Shown in pieces: positions 26,746 to 35,871 of a stretch of 64,000 bases of DNA. The notes beneath the pieces are model-generated. The model was not told the DNA's origin, made no database searches, and saw nothing but the letters and a program-made list of their open reading frames with translations. The translations under genes and the position numbers were made by a program. Each line of letters begins with the position of its first letter. The stretch's first letter is position 1. The stretch is taken from positions 1,387,958 through 1,451,957 of the forward strand of contig OZ253670.1 of NCBI GenBank assembly GCA_965263395.1. The letters are read 5' to 3'. The stretch is from Dehalococcoidia bacterium. GTDB lineage: Bacteria; Chloroflexota; Dehalococcoidia; Lucifugimonadales; UBA3495.

Positions 26746-27624
26746 CTATACCCCCGCCCCCTCAACCTCAAGGGCGCCGAACCATTGCAGCACCGCTTCC
26801 GAGGCTTCGGCGGGGCGGTTGGTGAGGGCGTGGCTGCCGCCGGGGATGATGACGTACTCGGCCCTGGGACAGTTGACGGCGGCGGTCACCATGTCCCGCG
26901 GGCAGTCCCGCAGCCGGACGTGAGTCTCCAACTCTCCCGCCACCACCAGCATGGGAATGCGGATGCGGGGCGCCAGCGTCACCAGGTTGTAGCGTTCGGC
27001 GGGGCCGTGCTTGTCCAGGTAGGAAGCGGCGCTGAACATCTGCGGAATGGGGAAGTTGACCGTCATCAGGTCCAGGGCCCGGTCCTCGGCCTCCATCTCG
27101 TCGGCACGGCGGATGTTGTCCTGAAACTCCTCGGCCGCTTCCGACTCCATGTAGTAGGAAAAGGACAGCCGCACCGGCGAAATGGGGATGACGGTGAACA
27201 CCCGCGGGTCGTCCTCGGCGGCGGCATAGTAGCCCACCTTGACCGCTCCCATGCTGTGGCCCACCAGCGCGATACGGCGATAGCCCCGCCCCCACAGGAA
27301 GTCCACGCCGGCTCTCAGGTCAAGGCGGCTGTTGTCCAGAATCTCATTGGCGTTGCCGTAATACCGGCCATCGCTGGTATCGGCCCACACCGTATCGTGG
27401 CCCTTGGTGTTCATGGCCAGACAGGCGTACCCCTGACGGCGCAGGTCCTCGGCCATAACCGTGGTAGACGGACGATAGAAGTTGCCCCCGCTGCCATGAA
27501 TCAACAGCGCCGCGTCCACCGGCCCCTGCCGGGATGCTGCTGAATCCGGCTCGCAGAAAATGCCGTCCAGGACAACGCCGTCGCCGGTGGTCACGGATAT
27601 CAGGTCTACCAACATGGGAATCAC
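26746..27624 (-). CDS. alpha/beta hydrolase
   Basis: LLIHGSGGNFY and nucleophile elbow GHSMGA. Confidence 0.75.
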   Translation of the reverse strand: MIPMLVDLISVTTGDGVVLDGIFCEPDSAASRQGPVDAALLIHGSGGNFYRPSTTVMAEDLRRQGYACLAMNTKGHDTVWADTSDGRYYGNANEILDNSRLDLRAGVDFLWGRGYRRIALVGHSMGAVKVGYYAAAEDDPRVFTVIPISPVRLSFSYYMESEAAEEFQDNIRRADEMEAEDRALDLMTVNFPIPQMFSAASYLDKHGPAERYNLVTLAPRIRIPMLVVAGELETHVRLRDCPRDMVTAAVNCPRAEYVIIPGGSHALTNRPAEASEAVLQWFGALEVEGAGV

Positions 27625-27666
27625 CTCGTCAACGTCAGATTGCGGGTAGTCCGGGCCTGCTGTAGG

Positions 27667-28425
27667 TCAGCCGCGCCCGATGAAGGGCATCTTGGTCGCC
27701 ATGACCGTCATAAACTGCACGTTGGCGTCCAGAGGCAGGCCGGCCATGTAGACCACGGCTTTGGCCACGTTTTCCACGTCCATTGTCGGCTCGACGGCGA
27801 TGGCGCCGTAGGGTTGGGGAACGCCGGTCTTGAAGATAGCGGCCATTTCCGTGTCGGCGTTGCCAATGTCAATCTGCCCGCAGGCGATGTCGTACTTGCG
27901 TCCGTCCAGGGATGTGGAGCGGGTCAGCCCGGTCATGGCGTGCTTGGTGGCGGTGTAGGGCGCGGAGTTGGGCCGCGGGACATAGGCCGACACCGAGCCG
28001 TTGTTGATGATGCGACCGCCCCGGGGGGCCTGCTCCTTCATAATGCGAAAGGCTTCCTGGGTACACAGGAAAGCGCCGGTGATGTTCACGTCCACCACCG
28101 CCTGCCACTGCTGGAAGGTCAGGTCTTCCAGCGGGATGGGCGGCGCGCTGATGCCGGCATTGTTGAACAGCAGGTCCAGCCGGCCGAACCGCTCCTTGGC
28201 AGCCGCGAACAGGGCCGCCACCGACTCAGGCTGGCCGACGTCGGTGGGGACGGCCAGCATCCGTTCAGCGGCGTCCCTGGCCCTGGCGATGGTATCTTCC
28301 AACAATTGGGCCCTGCGCCCGGCCAGCGCCACCGAATAACCCTCAGCGGCCAGCGCCAGTGCGGCGCTGCTGCCGATTCCGGTGCCGGCCCCGGTGACAA
28401 TCGCCACCCGTACTTGCTCGCTCAT
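27667..28425 (-). CDS. SDR-family oxidoreductase
   Basis: [17 protein letters not shown] and YTATK (YxxxK). Confidence 0.9.
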   Translation of the reverse strand: MSEQVRVAIVTGAGTGIGSSAALALAAEGYSVALAGRRAQLLEDTIARARDAAERMLAVPTDVGQPESVAALFAAAKERFGRLDLLFNNAGISAPPIPLEDLTFQQWQAVVDVNITGAFLCTQEAFRIMKEQAPRGGRIINNGSVSAYVPRPNSAPYTATKHAMTGLTRSTSLDGRKYDIACGQIDIGNADTEMAAIFKTGVPQPYGAIAVEPTMDVENVAKAVVYMAGLPLDANVQFMTVMATKMPFIGRG

Positions 28426-28470
28426 TTTACGACCTTTTCCAAAATGAAATTCACACCTGGAATTACCACC

Positions 28471-28722
28471 TTACCGGTCTGCTTTTCGGGGAAGTTCGTT
28501 ACGCACGATTTCCATTTCTGTCCGTAATTGTTTCACCCTGTCCTCAGCGAGGGTCAACCGCTCCCGCAGTTTTTGATAGTCCCGCAATTGTTCGGTGTTA
28601 GTCTTCACCTGGTTGGCCAGTCCTCCGTACTTGAAGGTCTGGGAAACTACAAAGATACCCACCAGAACCAGGACGGTTATTCCCGACGCGATGATAGGGG
28701 TTACAAAGGCGGTTGCATCCAT
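28471..28722 (-). CDS. small single-pass membrane protein with coiled-coil tail
   Basis: TM helix PIIASGITVLVLVGIFVV followed by a charged helix. AT-richer patch. Confidence 0.4.
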   Translation of the reverse strand: MDATAFVTPIIASGITVLVLVGIFVVSQTFKYGGLANQVKTNTEQLRDYQKLRERLTLAEDRVKQLRTEMEIVRNELPRKADR

Positions 28723-28731
28723 TCCGCTTGG

Positions 28732-29043
28732 CTACCCGTTCACGCCGGGTTTGATTCCCAGACAGTCGTCCAGTGCATACAGCAGTTTCTGACGGCGATG
28801 GTACTCTTCCCCTGGACCTGTTGACCGCAACTCCTCTGCCGTCGTGCAAGCCCACTCCACGGCTTCCCGCGGCGATGAAAAACGTTTTGATATATGCTCT
28901 TGCAAATGTTCCCGAGGCGGCGCTACGACGACATAGTAGGAATCATCATCCATCAATTGGATGTTAAGGTAAAACCCCTCCCAGAATGCCGACCTGGTAA
29001 GGCCATCCTTCCCGCTCCACTTCAAATCTTGCGGTTTCAACAT
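28732..29043 (-). CDS. hypothetical protein
   Basis: 103-aa ORF directly upstream of, and co-directional with, 28471-28722. No family recognised. Confidence 0.4.
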   Translation of the reverse strand: MLKPQDLKWSGKDGLTRSAFWEGFYLNIQLMDDDSYYVVVAPPREHLQEHISKRFSSPREAVEWACTTAEELRSTGPGEEYHRRQKLLYALDDCLGIKPGVNG

Positions 29044-29170
29044 ACGTCACCTCCTTCTCGAACCAAGTATCGCCTGCGCAACCGGCTCACGACTGCCACC
29101 CCCGGATTCCTGCGTGTGGCAATTGACGGCGCCCCCACGAAGAACGTGGTCTTACCAAGGGCCGCCGGCT

Positions 29171-29998
29171 CTACTCCTCGCCGGTCAGGTGGGGGAACAT
29201 GGCCAGCGGGGTGGCGGCCAGCAGGCCGGCATCCACCGGCAGGGTGACGCCGGAGACCCACCGCGCCTCGTCCGAGGCCAGGAACAGGGCAGCGTAGGCC
29301 ACGTCCCAGGCGGTGCCTTCAATGCCCAGCGGGCCGGCCCGGCGGCGCAGGGTCAGCATTTCTTCCGACGAGTGGCGGGCGACCATCGGGCTGCGGACGT
29401 GGCCCGGCGCGATGCAGTTGACCCGCACGTTGTCTCGTCCGTAATGCACCGCCATCGAGTTGCTGAGGCCGATGATGCCCCCCTTGGAAGCGGCGTAGGG
29501 ATGGCTTGGCCGGCCGCTGCCGGCGCGCAGGCCAACAATAGAGGACAGGTTCACGATAGAACCGCCGCCGGCGCTGATCATCTGCGGGATGGCGTGCTTG
29601 CTGGTAAGCATGACGCTCTTCAGGTTAACGTCGATTACCGTGTCCCAAAAGTCTTCATCCACGTCGGTGACGGAGCCGGGGCCGCTGATGCCCACGTTGT
29701 TAATCAGGACGTTTAGTTGGCCGTACCGGGACACCGAGGCTTCGGCCATTTCCTTGCAGGCATCATTGCTGGTAACGTCGCCCAGGAAAACCGATGCCTC
29801 GCCGCCTTCTTCCCGGATGGTTGCCAGAGTGGCATCCGCGTTGGCCTGGTCCCGGTCAACCAACAGGACTTTGGCGCCGTTCCGGGCGAACAGAATGGAT
29901 ATTGCCTGGCCGATGCCGACAAAATCGCCGCTGCCGGTGGCTCCGGCGCCGGTAACTATGGCGACCTTGCCGCTCAACCTGCCGGTCTGGTTCTGCAT
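29171..29998 (-). CDS. SDR-family oxidoreductase
   Basis: Start taken at ATG 29998 ([24 protein letters not shown]). NNVGI and YAASK present. The track's 150-aa N-terminal extension is not SDR-like. Confidence 0.85.
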   Translation of the reverse strand: MQNQTGRLSGKVAIVTGAGATGSGDFVGIGQAISILFARNGAKVLLVDRDQANADATLATIREEGGEASVFLGDVTSNDACKEMAEASVSRYGQLNVLINNVGISGPGSVTDVDEDFWDTVIDVNLKSVMLTSKHAIPQMISAGGGSIVNLSSIVGLRAGSGRPSHPYAASKGGIIGLSNSMAVHYGRDNVRVNCIAPGHVRSPMVARHSSEEMLTLRRRAGPLGIEGTAWDVAYAALFLASDEARWVSGVTLPVDAGLLAATPLAMFPHLTGEE

Positions 29999-30195
29999 TG
30001 CTCCACCAATCCTTACTCTGAAAATATGGGACTCTGTGAAAAGGGCCACCGGGCCGTTCGTCTTGGGGGCCTTGAAGGACTTCCTTGTTGGCATCCCCCT
30101 GAGCCTGGCGCACCCTGGATTTGAGACAGATTCCAAGAGTGTCCAGTATAAAGGGGGCGCAACCTGGGGCCAACCCGGAATCCAGACCTCCGCAA

Positions 30196-30462
30196 TCACT
30201 CCACGCGCTGGAAGTAGATTCGGTTCACCACTTCTTCCAGTTGGTTGTTGATGAAAGCCTCGTCGGGTTCGACCTCCATGGTCCAGTTCAGGTATGGGTT
30301 GGAGGGGTGGGAGAAGACGAGGACGAAGGTGTCGTAGGCAGCGCCCCCGTCGTTGGGCGTGATGGACGTTTGCTCCACTTCCACCTCCAACTCCGGGTCC
30401 AGGGCGGGGAGGAACTGCTCCACGCGGGCCTTGGCCTGTTGGTACCACTGGAAGGTGCTCAT
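30196..30462 (-). CDS. hypothetical protein
   Basis: 88-aa acidic ORF. No family recognised. Confidence 0.4.
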   Translation of the reverse strand: MSTFQWYQQAKARVEQFLPALDPELEVEVEQTSITPNDGGAAYDTFVLVFSHPSNPYLNWTMEVEPDEAFINNQLEEVVNRIYFQRVE

Positions 30463-30978
30463 GCTATGCTCCTCTCCGATTCGGGTTTCCGAGACGGGTT
30501 TCCCGGAAGTTTGCCCGCCGCCAACCGGCAGCGGCCATCGAACTTGAGCATATCACAAACAAAGGAATTCCTTCGATGCGCTTGGGCTACGCGCGCCTCA
30601 ACTTCTGGCCGGGTCAACCTTGGCGGCGATTTGGGGATATAATGCCGTTGGCAACTTGATCGGCCCGGTATATTGCGGCCGGAAACCGCGGCTGAAAATG
30701 CCAACGGCTTGGACTAATTCGCCGGCCGGACCGGAGACCACCGGATTGTGAGTCCGTAAGCCCGTGAGACCATCAAGGAGGCGCCCCAACGTCAACACCA
30801 GAGCAACCCGGGAACCAGTACAACTTCCTCAGAAAGCCAGACTCCCAGACCAAGCCCCCGGCGCCGGGCCCGTTTCGACACCTTTGCATCGCTGCGCCAC
30901 CGCGACTTTCTGCTGCTCTGGCTCAGCAATCTCTGCAACGCCTCGGCGGTCTGGTTCCAGCAAATCACGATTCCCTGG

Positions 30979-32091
30979 GTGGTGTGGGAAATCTCCGACT
31001 CCGCCTTTCTGGTGGGAATCGCCGCGGGAATGCGCTCGATTCCCTTCCTGGTCATCGGTCCCTGGGCCGGCGTCATCGCCGACCGCATCGACCGGCGCAA
31101 GATGGTGCTGGTGGTCCAGACCGCCATCGGAGTGGTGGTGGTGGCCTTTGCCGTGGCCGTCCACCTGGGGTATGTGGCCGGGGGATGGGGAGTCTTCTAC
31201 GCCCTGGTGTTTTCCTTCATCACCGGCGTCATGCACTCCCTCATCCAGCCGGTGCGGCAGGCTATGGTGGCCAACACGGTGCCTCGGGAAGACTTGTGGA
31301 ACGCCATCGCCCTTAACTCCGTTGCCGGCAACGTCGCCCGGGTGGTGGGGCCGGGACTGGGCGGAGTGCTAATCGCCTGGCTGGGGCCGGCGGTCAACTT
31401 CTACATCGAGGGCGTCTTCTACTTCCTGATGGCCCTGGCGCTGGTGCCCATATCGCTGCCCTACCGGGAAGCGGTGACGGCCACCCATTCTTCGATGCTG
31501 GCCAACCTGAAGCAGGGATTCGCATACGTGGTCTCCGAACAACGGGTGCTCCGGCTGCTGCTGGTGGCCTGCATTTCGGACATTCTGATTGCGCCCATCA
31601 TCCACCTGATGCCGGTGATTGCCGACAAAGTGCTGGGTCATGGGTCCGAAGTCTACGGGTTCCTGGTGCTGGCCACGGGCATCGGCGGAATCATCGCGAC
31701 CCTGTCCTTCGCCTCGCTGGGCGGCGCCTTCCGCAAGGGTTCCACCGGGCTGCTGGCGCTGCTGCTGTTGTCGGGTTCCGCCATCGTCCTGGGCGCGTCC
31801 ACCTGGTTGTGGGTGTCGCTGGCCGCCATGTTCGGACTGGGGTTCTTCCGGCTGGTGTTCAAAATCAACAACAACACCCTGGTGCAGAGCACCATCCCCG
31901 ACGGACTGCGGGGCCGGGTCATGTCCATCTACCACCTGGACCACGGGCTTACGCCGCTCGCCAGCATGACGCTGGGGTTAATGGCCGAATTCTGGCCCGC
32001 CAACCTGGTGGTGTTGATGGTTGGCGTGCTCAGCCTGGTCCTGACCATTTACGCCTTTGTGGCCTTCTCCGACGTGCGGCGGATGTCGTGA
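30979..32091 (+). CDS. MFS transporter (MFS_3/EntS-like); N-terminal helix is encoded upstream without a canonical start
   Basis: IADRIDRRKMVLV motif and about 11 TM helices downstream. In the same frame upstream (from about 30862) the sequence reads FDTFASLRHRDFLLLWLSNLCNASAVWFQQITIPW, the usual N-terminus of this family. No ATG/GTG/TTG occurs between the in-frame stop at 30757 and 30976. Confidence 0.75.
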   Translation: MVWEISDSAFLVGIAAGMRSIPFLVIGPWAGVIADRIDRRKMVLVVQTAIGVVVVAFAVAVHLGYVAGGWGVFYALVFSFITGVMHSLIQPVRQAMVANTVPREDLWNAIALNSVAGNVARVVGPGLGGVLIAWLGPAVNFYIEGVFYFLMALALVPISLPYREAVTATHSSMLANLKQGFAYVVSEQRVLRLLLVACISDILIAPIIHLMPVIADKVLGHGSEVYGFLVLATGIGGIIATLSFASLGGAFRKGSTGLLALLLLSGSAIVLGASTWLWVSLAAMFGLGFFRLVFKINNNTLVQSTIPDGLRGRVMSIYHLDHGLTPLASMTLGLMAEFWPANLVVLMVGVLSLVLTIYAFVAFSDVRRMS

Positions 32092-32112
32092 CCCGGTTGC
32101 TGAGCAGGCATG

Positions 32113-32363
32113 GGACGCCCTCACCCTAGCCCTCTCCCAGAGGGAGAGGGGATTTTTCGAGAATCGAAAGACCCTGTGCCTGGGCGCCAGGGTCTTTTAA
32201 TTGTCCAAGAAAACCGTTGGGTAAACGGGACACGTTGGGGGATTCATCCCCCAAACCCCCTGAGTTCAGGGGTTTGTTATGCTTGGCAAATATGCCGGAG
32301 TATTCACTGTGAACGGATTATCCAGCGGCTGCCGAGAATTAAAAGACCCTGTGCCTGGGCGCC
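32113..32363. repeat. nested family-1/family-3 MITE-like repeats
   Basis: A family-1 right arm (GACGCCCTCACCCTAGCCCTCTCCCAGAGGGAGAGGGGATTTTTCGAGAATCGAAAGACC) comes first. It is followed by a 158-bp element with the same termini (GGTCTTTTAATT at 32191, AATTAAAAGACC ending 32348) that encloses a family-3 palindrome. That element is flanked by perfect 15-bp direct repeats CTGTGCCTGGGCGCC (32174-32188 and 32349-32363). Confidence 0.8.
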
Positions 32364-32524
32364 GCCCGGTATGCGTCCCTGCGGGGTTTGTGGCATAATA
32401 TCCAGCGTCCCAAGGCCGAACAATACGGAATGAATACTCTGTACGCCGCCGTCGTAAGCCCCTTGCTGCGATGCGGCGCCAAGTTAATCGGGAACTAACC
32501 CGTCCCTTTCAGGAGCAGCAAGCA

Positions 32525-33346
32525 ATGTTCGACAAAATTCAGCACATCGGTTATCTGGTGGACGACCTGGATGCCGCCGTGGCGTGGTTCCGGGACACTT
32601 TCGGCGGAGAAAACGCCGGCGGCAGCGACCTCAACCCCAGCGTGGCCGTTCCCAGCGGCGGCCGCAACGCCTTCGTCCACTTCGGGCAGGTCGAAGCCGA
32701 GTTAATCGAACCCAACGACAAGACCGGCCTGGCCTCGGGCGCTCTGGTGATGCACCACGTCGCCTATGTCGTCTCCGACATTGACCAAGCCAAATCGGAG
32801 CTGGAGGCCCGGGGATTCCGGTTCGCCACCGAGCGGGCCTTTACCAACGTGCTGGGCCAGGGCGTCCTGTACTTCGACCCGGCCACCACCAACGGCTGCC
32901 TGATGCACCTGACCCAGCAGCCGGAGACGCCCAACGCCACCGGCGTCGGCCAGGGCGTAAACATTGCGAAAATCGTCCACGCCGGCTACCTCGTCCCCAA
33001 CCTGGAAGACGCCATCGCCTGGTACCGGGACAACCTGGACGGCGTTCACATCGGCGGGGGCGCATCCCGCCGCGGCGGGCGCAACGCTTTCGTCAATTTC
33101 GGCCAGGTCCAGGTCGAGCTTATCGAGCCCGGAGACCCAGCGGCCCTGGGCGGCAGTCTGAGCATGGACCACGTTGGCTACGTGGTTGACGACATCGGCG
33201 CCGGGATCGCCGACTGTTGCAGCCGCGGCTTCCAGTTCGTCGCCGACGCTCCCAACACCAACTCGGTTGGGCAGCAGGTGCTCTACTTTGAGACCGACAC
33301 TACCCAGGGCAGCCGGATGCACCTGACCCAACTGCCGCCGGATTAA
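32525..33346 (+). CDS. tandem VOC-domain protein (methylmalonyl-CoA epimerase/glyoxalase-like)
   Basis: Two repeats of the pattern: MFDKIQHIGYLVDDLDAAVAWFRDTFG...ELIEP...HHVAYVV, then KIVHAGYLVPNLEDAIAWYRDNL...ELIEP...DHVGYVV. Confidence 0.8.
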   Translation: MFDKIQHIGYLVDDLDAAVAWFRDTFGGENAGGSDLNPSVAVPSGGRNAFVHFGQVEAELIEPNDKTGLASGALVMHHVAYVVSDIDQAKSELEARGFRFATERAFTNVLGQGVLYFDPATTNGCLMHLTQQPETPNATGVGQGVNIAKIVHAGYLVPNLEDAIAWYRDNLDGVHIGGGASRRGGRNAFVNFGQVQVELIEPGDPAALGGSLSMDHVGYVVDDIGAGIADCCSRGFQFVADAPNTNSVGQQVLYFETDTTQGSRMHLTQLPPD

Positions 33347-33362
33347 ATCCGGTTCGCCCGTT

Positions 33363-33956
33363 GTGTCTTCAGACGTGACTTATCCCGATGCCCAACCGCA
33401 AAACATCATCCTGGTTGGATTCATGGCCACGGGCAAGACTCAGGTGGGACGCCTGCTGTCCGACCGCACCGGCTGGCCGCTACGGGATGCCGACGATGAG
33501 ATTGTCCGCCGAGCCGGCCGACCCATTGATGACATCTTCGCCCGGGACGGCGAGGCGTCCTTCCGTGACTTGGAACGCCGGGTTATCGACGACCTTTGCG
33601 CCGGTTTCCGCCAGATAATTTCCGCCGGCGGGGGCGCCTTCATCCCGGCGGGAAACCGGGACTTGATGCTGCGCCGCGGGGTGGTGTTCTGCCTGTTGGC
33701 GACGCCGGAGACGATTTATTCCCGGGTGCTTGCGGAAGCCGATCCCGACCCCCCGGTGCGGCCGCTTTTGGCAGGAGCCGACCCCTTGCAGCGCATTCAG
33801 GAGTTGCTGGACAGCCGGGCCGAAGCCTACTCCCACGCCCACCACACCATCCCCACCGACGCCCTGACGGTAGCGGAAGTGGCCGCCCGGGTAATGGCCC
33901 GCTGGGAAGAAGCTAGTGTCCCCTTGGAGGACTCCAATGGAGGTGGACTAAGTTGA
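33363..33956 (+). CDS. aroK: shikimate kinase
   Basis: Walker A NIILVGFMATGKTQVGRLLS, then DADDEI and ISAGGGAF. Confidence 0.85.
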   Translation: MSSDVTYPDAQPQNIILVGFMATGKTQVGRLLSDRTGWPLRDADDEIVRRAGRPIDDIFARDGEASFRDLERRVIDDLCAGFRQIISAGGGAFIPAGNRDLMLRRGVVFCLLATPETIYSRVLAEADPDPPVRPLLAGADPLQRIQELLDSRAEAYSHAHHTIPTDALTVAEVAARVMARWEEASVPLEDSNGGGLS

Positions 33957-35482
33957 TCTTCCACCGTTGGCGGCCAATCGAACCCCCCGGAAAGGAAATT
34001 GAGCAGTACGATTTCAGCGAAATTGACTCGTTGCAGCGGCAATGGTTAAACGTAAAGCGGGATAAAGAAGCGGCCAACCCCAACGCTTACCAACCGTTTC
34101 TCGAACGTCTGGAGCGCCGTTGGGCTATTGAGACCGGGATTATCGAAGGCATCTACGACATCAGCCGGGGGGTGACTCAAACTTTGGTTGAGAACGGTCT
34201 CGCGGCCGACCTGATTGAAGCCGGGTCCACCAATCGGGACCCGCAAGAACTAATCAAGGTGTTGAGAGACCATCAGAATGCGGCCGAGTTTGTGACCGAA
34301 AGTATCCGTCGGCAGACTCCATTTTCCAAGCATTACATCAGGGAACTGCACCAAATCTTGACCCGAAACCAGCCCACTTATACTGCGGTGGACCAATTCG
34401 GGACCGTGTTTGAGACCACACTGGACCGTGGCGGCTTCAAGGTTCTGCCCAACAACCCCACCAGACGCGACGGGGCGGTCCATGAGTATTGCCCTCCCGT
34501 CCAGGTGGACAGTGAACTGGACAACCTGGTTTACTTTTACGAGGAATCCGGCAAGGCGAGGGACGACTTTCATCCGCTGTTGGTTGGAGCCTGGCTGCAC
34601 CACGCATTTACCCAGATTCACCCCTTCCAGGACGGAAACGGCCGGGTAGCGCGGGCGATTCTGACCTGGCATCTGGTCAAAGAAGGATACTGGCCCATCG
34701 TCGTTTCCAGGGATGACCGCGAACACTACATCACGTGCCTCGAACAAGCCGATGCGGGCAACTTGACGCCCTTCGTCGAATTCTTGGTTCAACAAGAGAA
34801 GCAGACTATCTTGCAGGCCCTTAGCGAACCTGAATCTGCCCCCGCATTGCAGGCATTCGACCAAGTCCTCGACCACCTGGTCCAGGGCATCCATCGAAAA
34901 CAGTGTGCCCAGGAAGAACAACTCCGTGCGGTCAACCACGTAGCAGAATACCTCCAAAGCGCAGTAAGGTACTATTTGGCTGATCGTCATGAACAAATAA
35001 GCCGTCGATTGGGTGAGGCCGGTATGGTTATCCAACCATCTATAAGTGCTGGAGGCCCATACGATGGAAGGGAACACTGGTACGGACGAGAGGTAAACAC
35101 AACCGCACAAAATGCCGGTCATTGGGCATCTTCAAACGAAGCGCGTTATTTTGCGGCCCTATTGCTGCGGGGTTCTGCAGATAACCCCGCCAATGCCCGT
35201 TTGCCCGTTCTTCGCTTCGTGGTTTCTCTGCACCATGTCGGTAAGGAACTCTCAGGCGTAATGGCAGCCACGGCATTTGCCCGGATCGAGAGACCTCAGG
35301 GAACAGCGGATGATGACGAAGTAGGAGCGAAGTCTGGCGAACTTCACTTCCACGATTGCACCGTTAGCCCGTTCACCTTCACAAACGATGAATCCGATGA
35401 TGCCATACGGCCTCGGTTCACCCGATGGGTCGAAGAACACCTAACAATCGCGTTAACGAAATGGGGAGAGTATTTAACATGA
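33953..35482 (+). CDS. Fic-family protein (class II, internal inhibitory motif) with ~200-aa uncharacterised C-terminal region
   Basis: Fic motif HPFQDGNGRVARAIL (34619 onward). N-terminal TGIIEG (34133-34150) fits the (S/T)xxxE(G/N) inhibitory-helix motif. TTG start overlaps the aroK stop (TTGA). Visibly AT-richer than the flanks. Confidence 0.85.
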   Translation: MIFHRWRPIEPPGKEIEQYDFSEIDSLQRQWLNVKRDKEAANPNAYQPFLERLERRWAIETGIIEGIYDISRGVTQTLVENGLAADLIEAGSTNRDPQELIKVLRDHQNAAEFVTESIRRQTPFSKHYIRELHQILTRNQPTYTAVDQFGTVFETTLDRGGFKVLPNNPTRRDGAVHEYCPPVQVDSELDNLVYFYEESGKARDDFHPLLVGAWLHHAFTQIHPFQDGNGRVARAILTWHLVKEGYWPIVVSRDDREHYITCLEQADAGNLTPFVEFLVQQEKQTILQALSEPESAPALQAFDQVLDHLVQGIHRKQCAQEEQLRAVNHVAEYLQSAVRYYLADRHEQISRRLGEAGMVIQPSISAGGPYDGREHWYGREVNTTAQNAGHWASSNEARYFAALLLRGSADNPANARLPVLRFVVSLHHVGKELSGVMAATAFARIERPQGTADDDEVGAKSGELHFHDCTVSPFTFTNDESDDAIRPRFTRWVEEHLTIALTKWGEYLT

Positions 35483-35528
35483 CCGATGCAGATTTGGCTG
35501 CAACCGTAAATCATTCCGGCGGCAGCTA
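35459..35528 (+). repeat. decayed duplicate of the aroB ribosome-binding site, start and first codons
   Basis: AAATGGGGAGAGTATTTAACATGACC...GATTTGGCTGCAACCGTAAATCATTCCGGCGGCAGCTA versus 35855-35945 AAATGGGGAGTATTCTCATGACC...GACCTGGCCGCAACCGTACATCATTCCGGCGGCAGCTA. The upstream copy encodes a 16-codon relic, MTDADLAATVNHSGGS-stop. Confidence 0.8.
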
Positions 35529-35542
35529 AAGGAATCACAGAA

Positions 35543-35815
35543 ATGTTTGCCCGTCTCCCCGCCTCCGTTTATGGTATGCCGGAGCGCGCTTCCCGCCGGT
35601 GGGTTATTGAAAACTCCGACCTGTCGGGGCAGATAATGATGAAGACCCCCGATTTCGCCGACGTGCCGATCCCCCAAGAACGGCGAGATGGGAAGTTCAC
35701 TCACGCAGCCTATCTGGTCGATTGCGACCACGAAGAGGTATGCGCCTGTTCCGACGACGATTCCGTGGAGTGGATGTTTGTGGAGTTCCTGAATTTTGAC
35801 AGACCGGGCCCTTAA
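35543..35815 (+). CDS. hypothetical protein (weak call)
   Basis: 90-aa ORF between the two aroB-5' repeats. No family recognised and the start is uncertain. Confidence 0.3.
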   Translation: MFARLPASVYGMPERASRRWVIENSDLSGQIMMKTPDFADVPIPQERRDGKFTHAAYLVDCDHEEVCACSDDDSVEWMFVEFLNFDRPGP

Positions 35816-35871
35816 GCCATAATCGGCTCCGGCTCCGTCCATAACCCTATCGATAAATGGGGAGTATTCTC

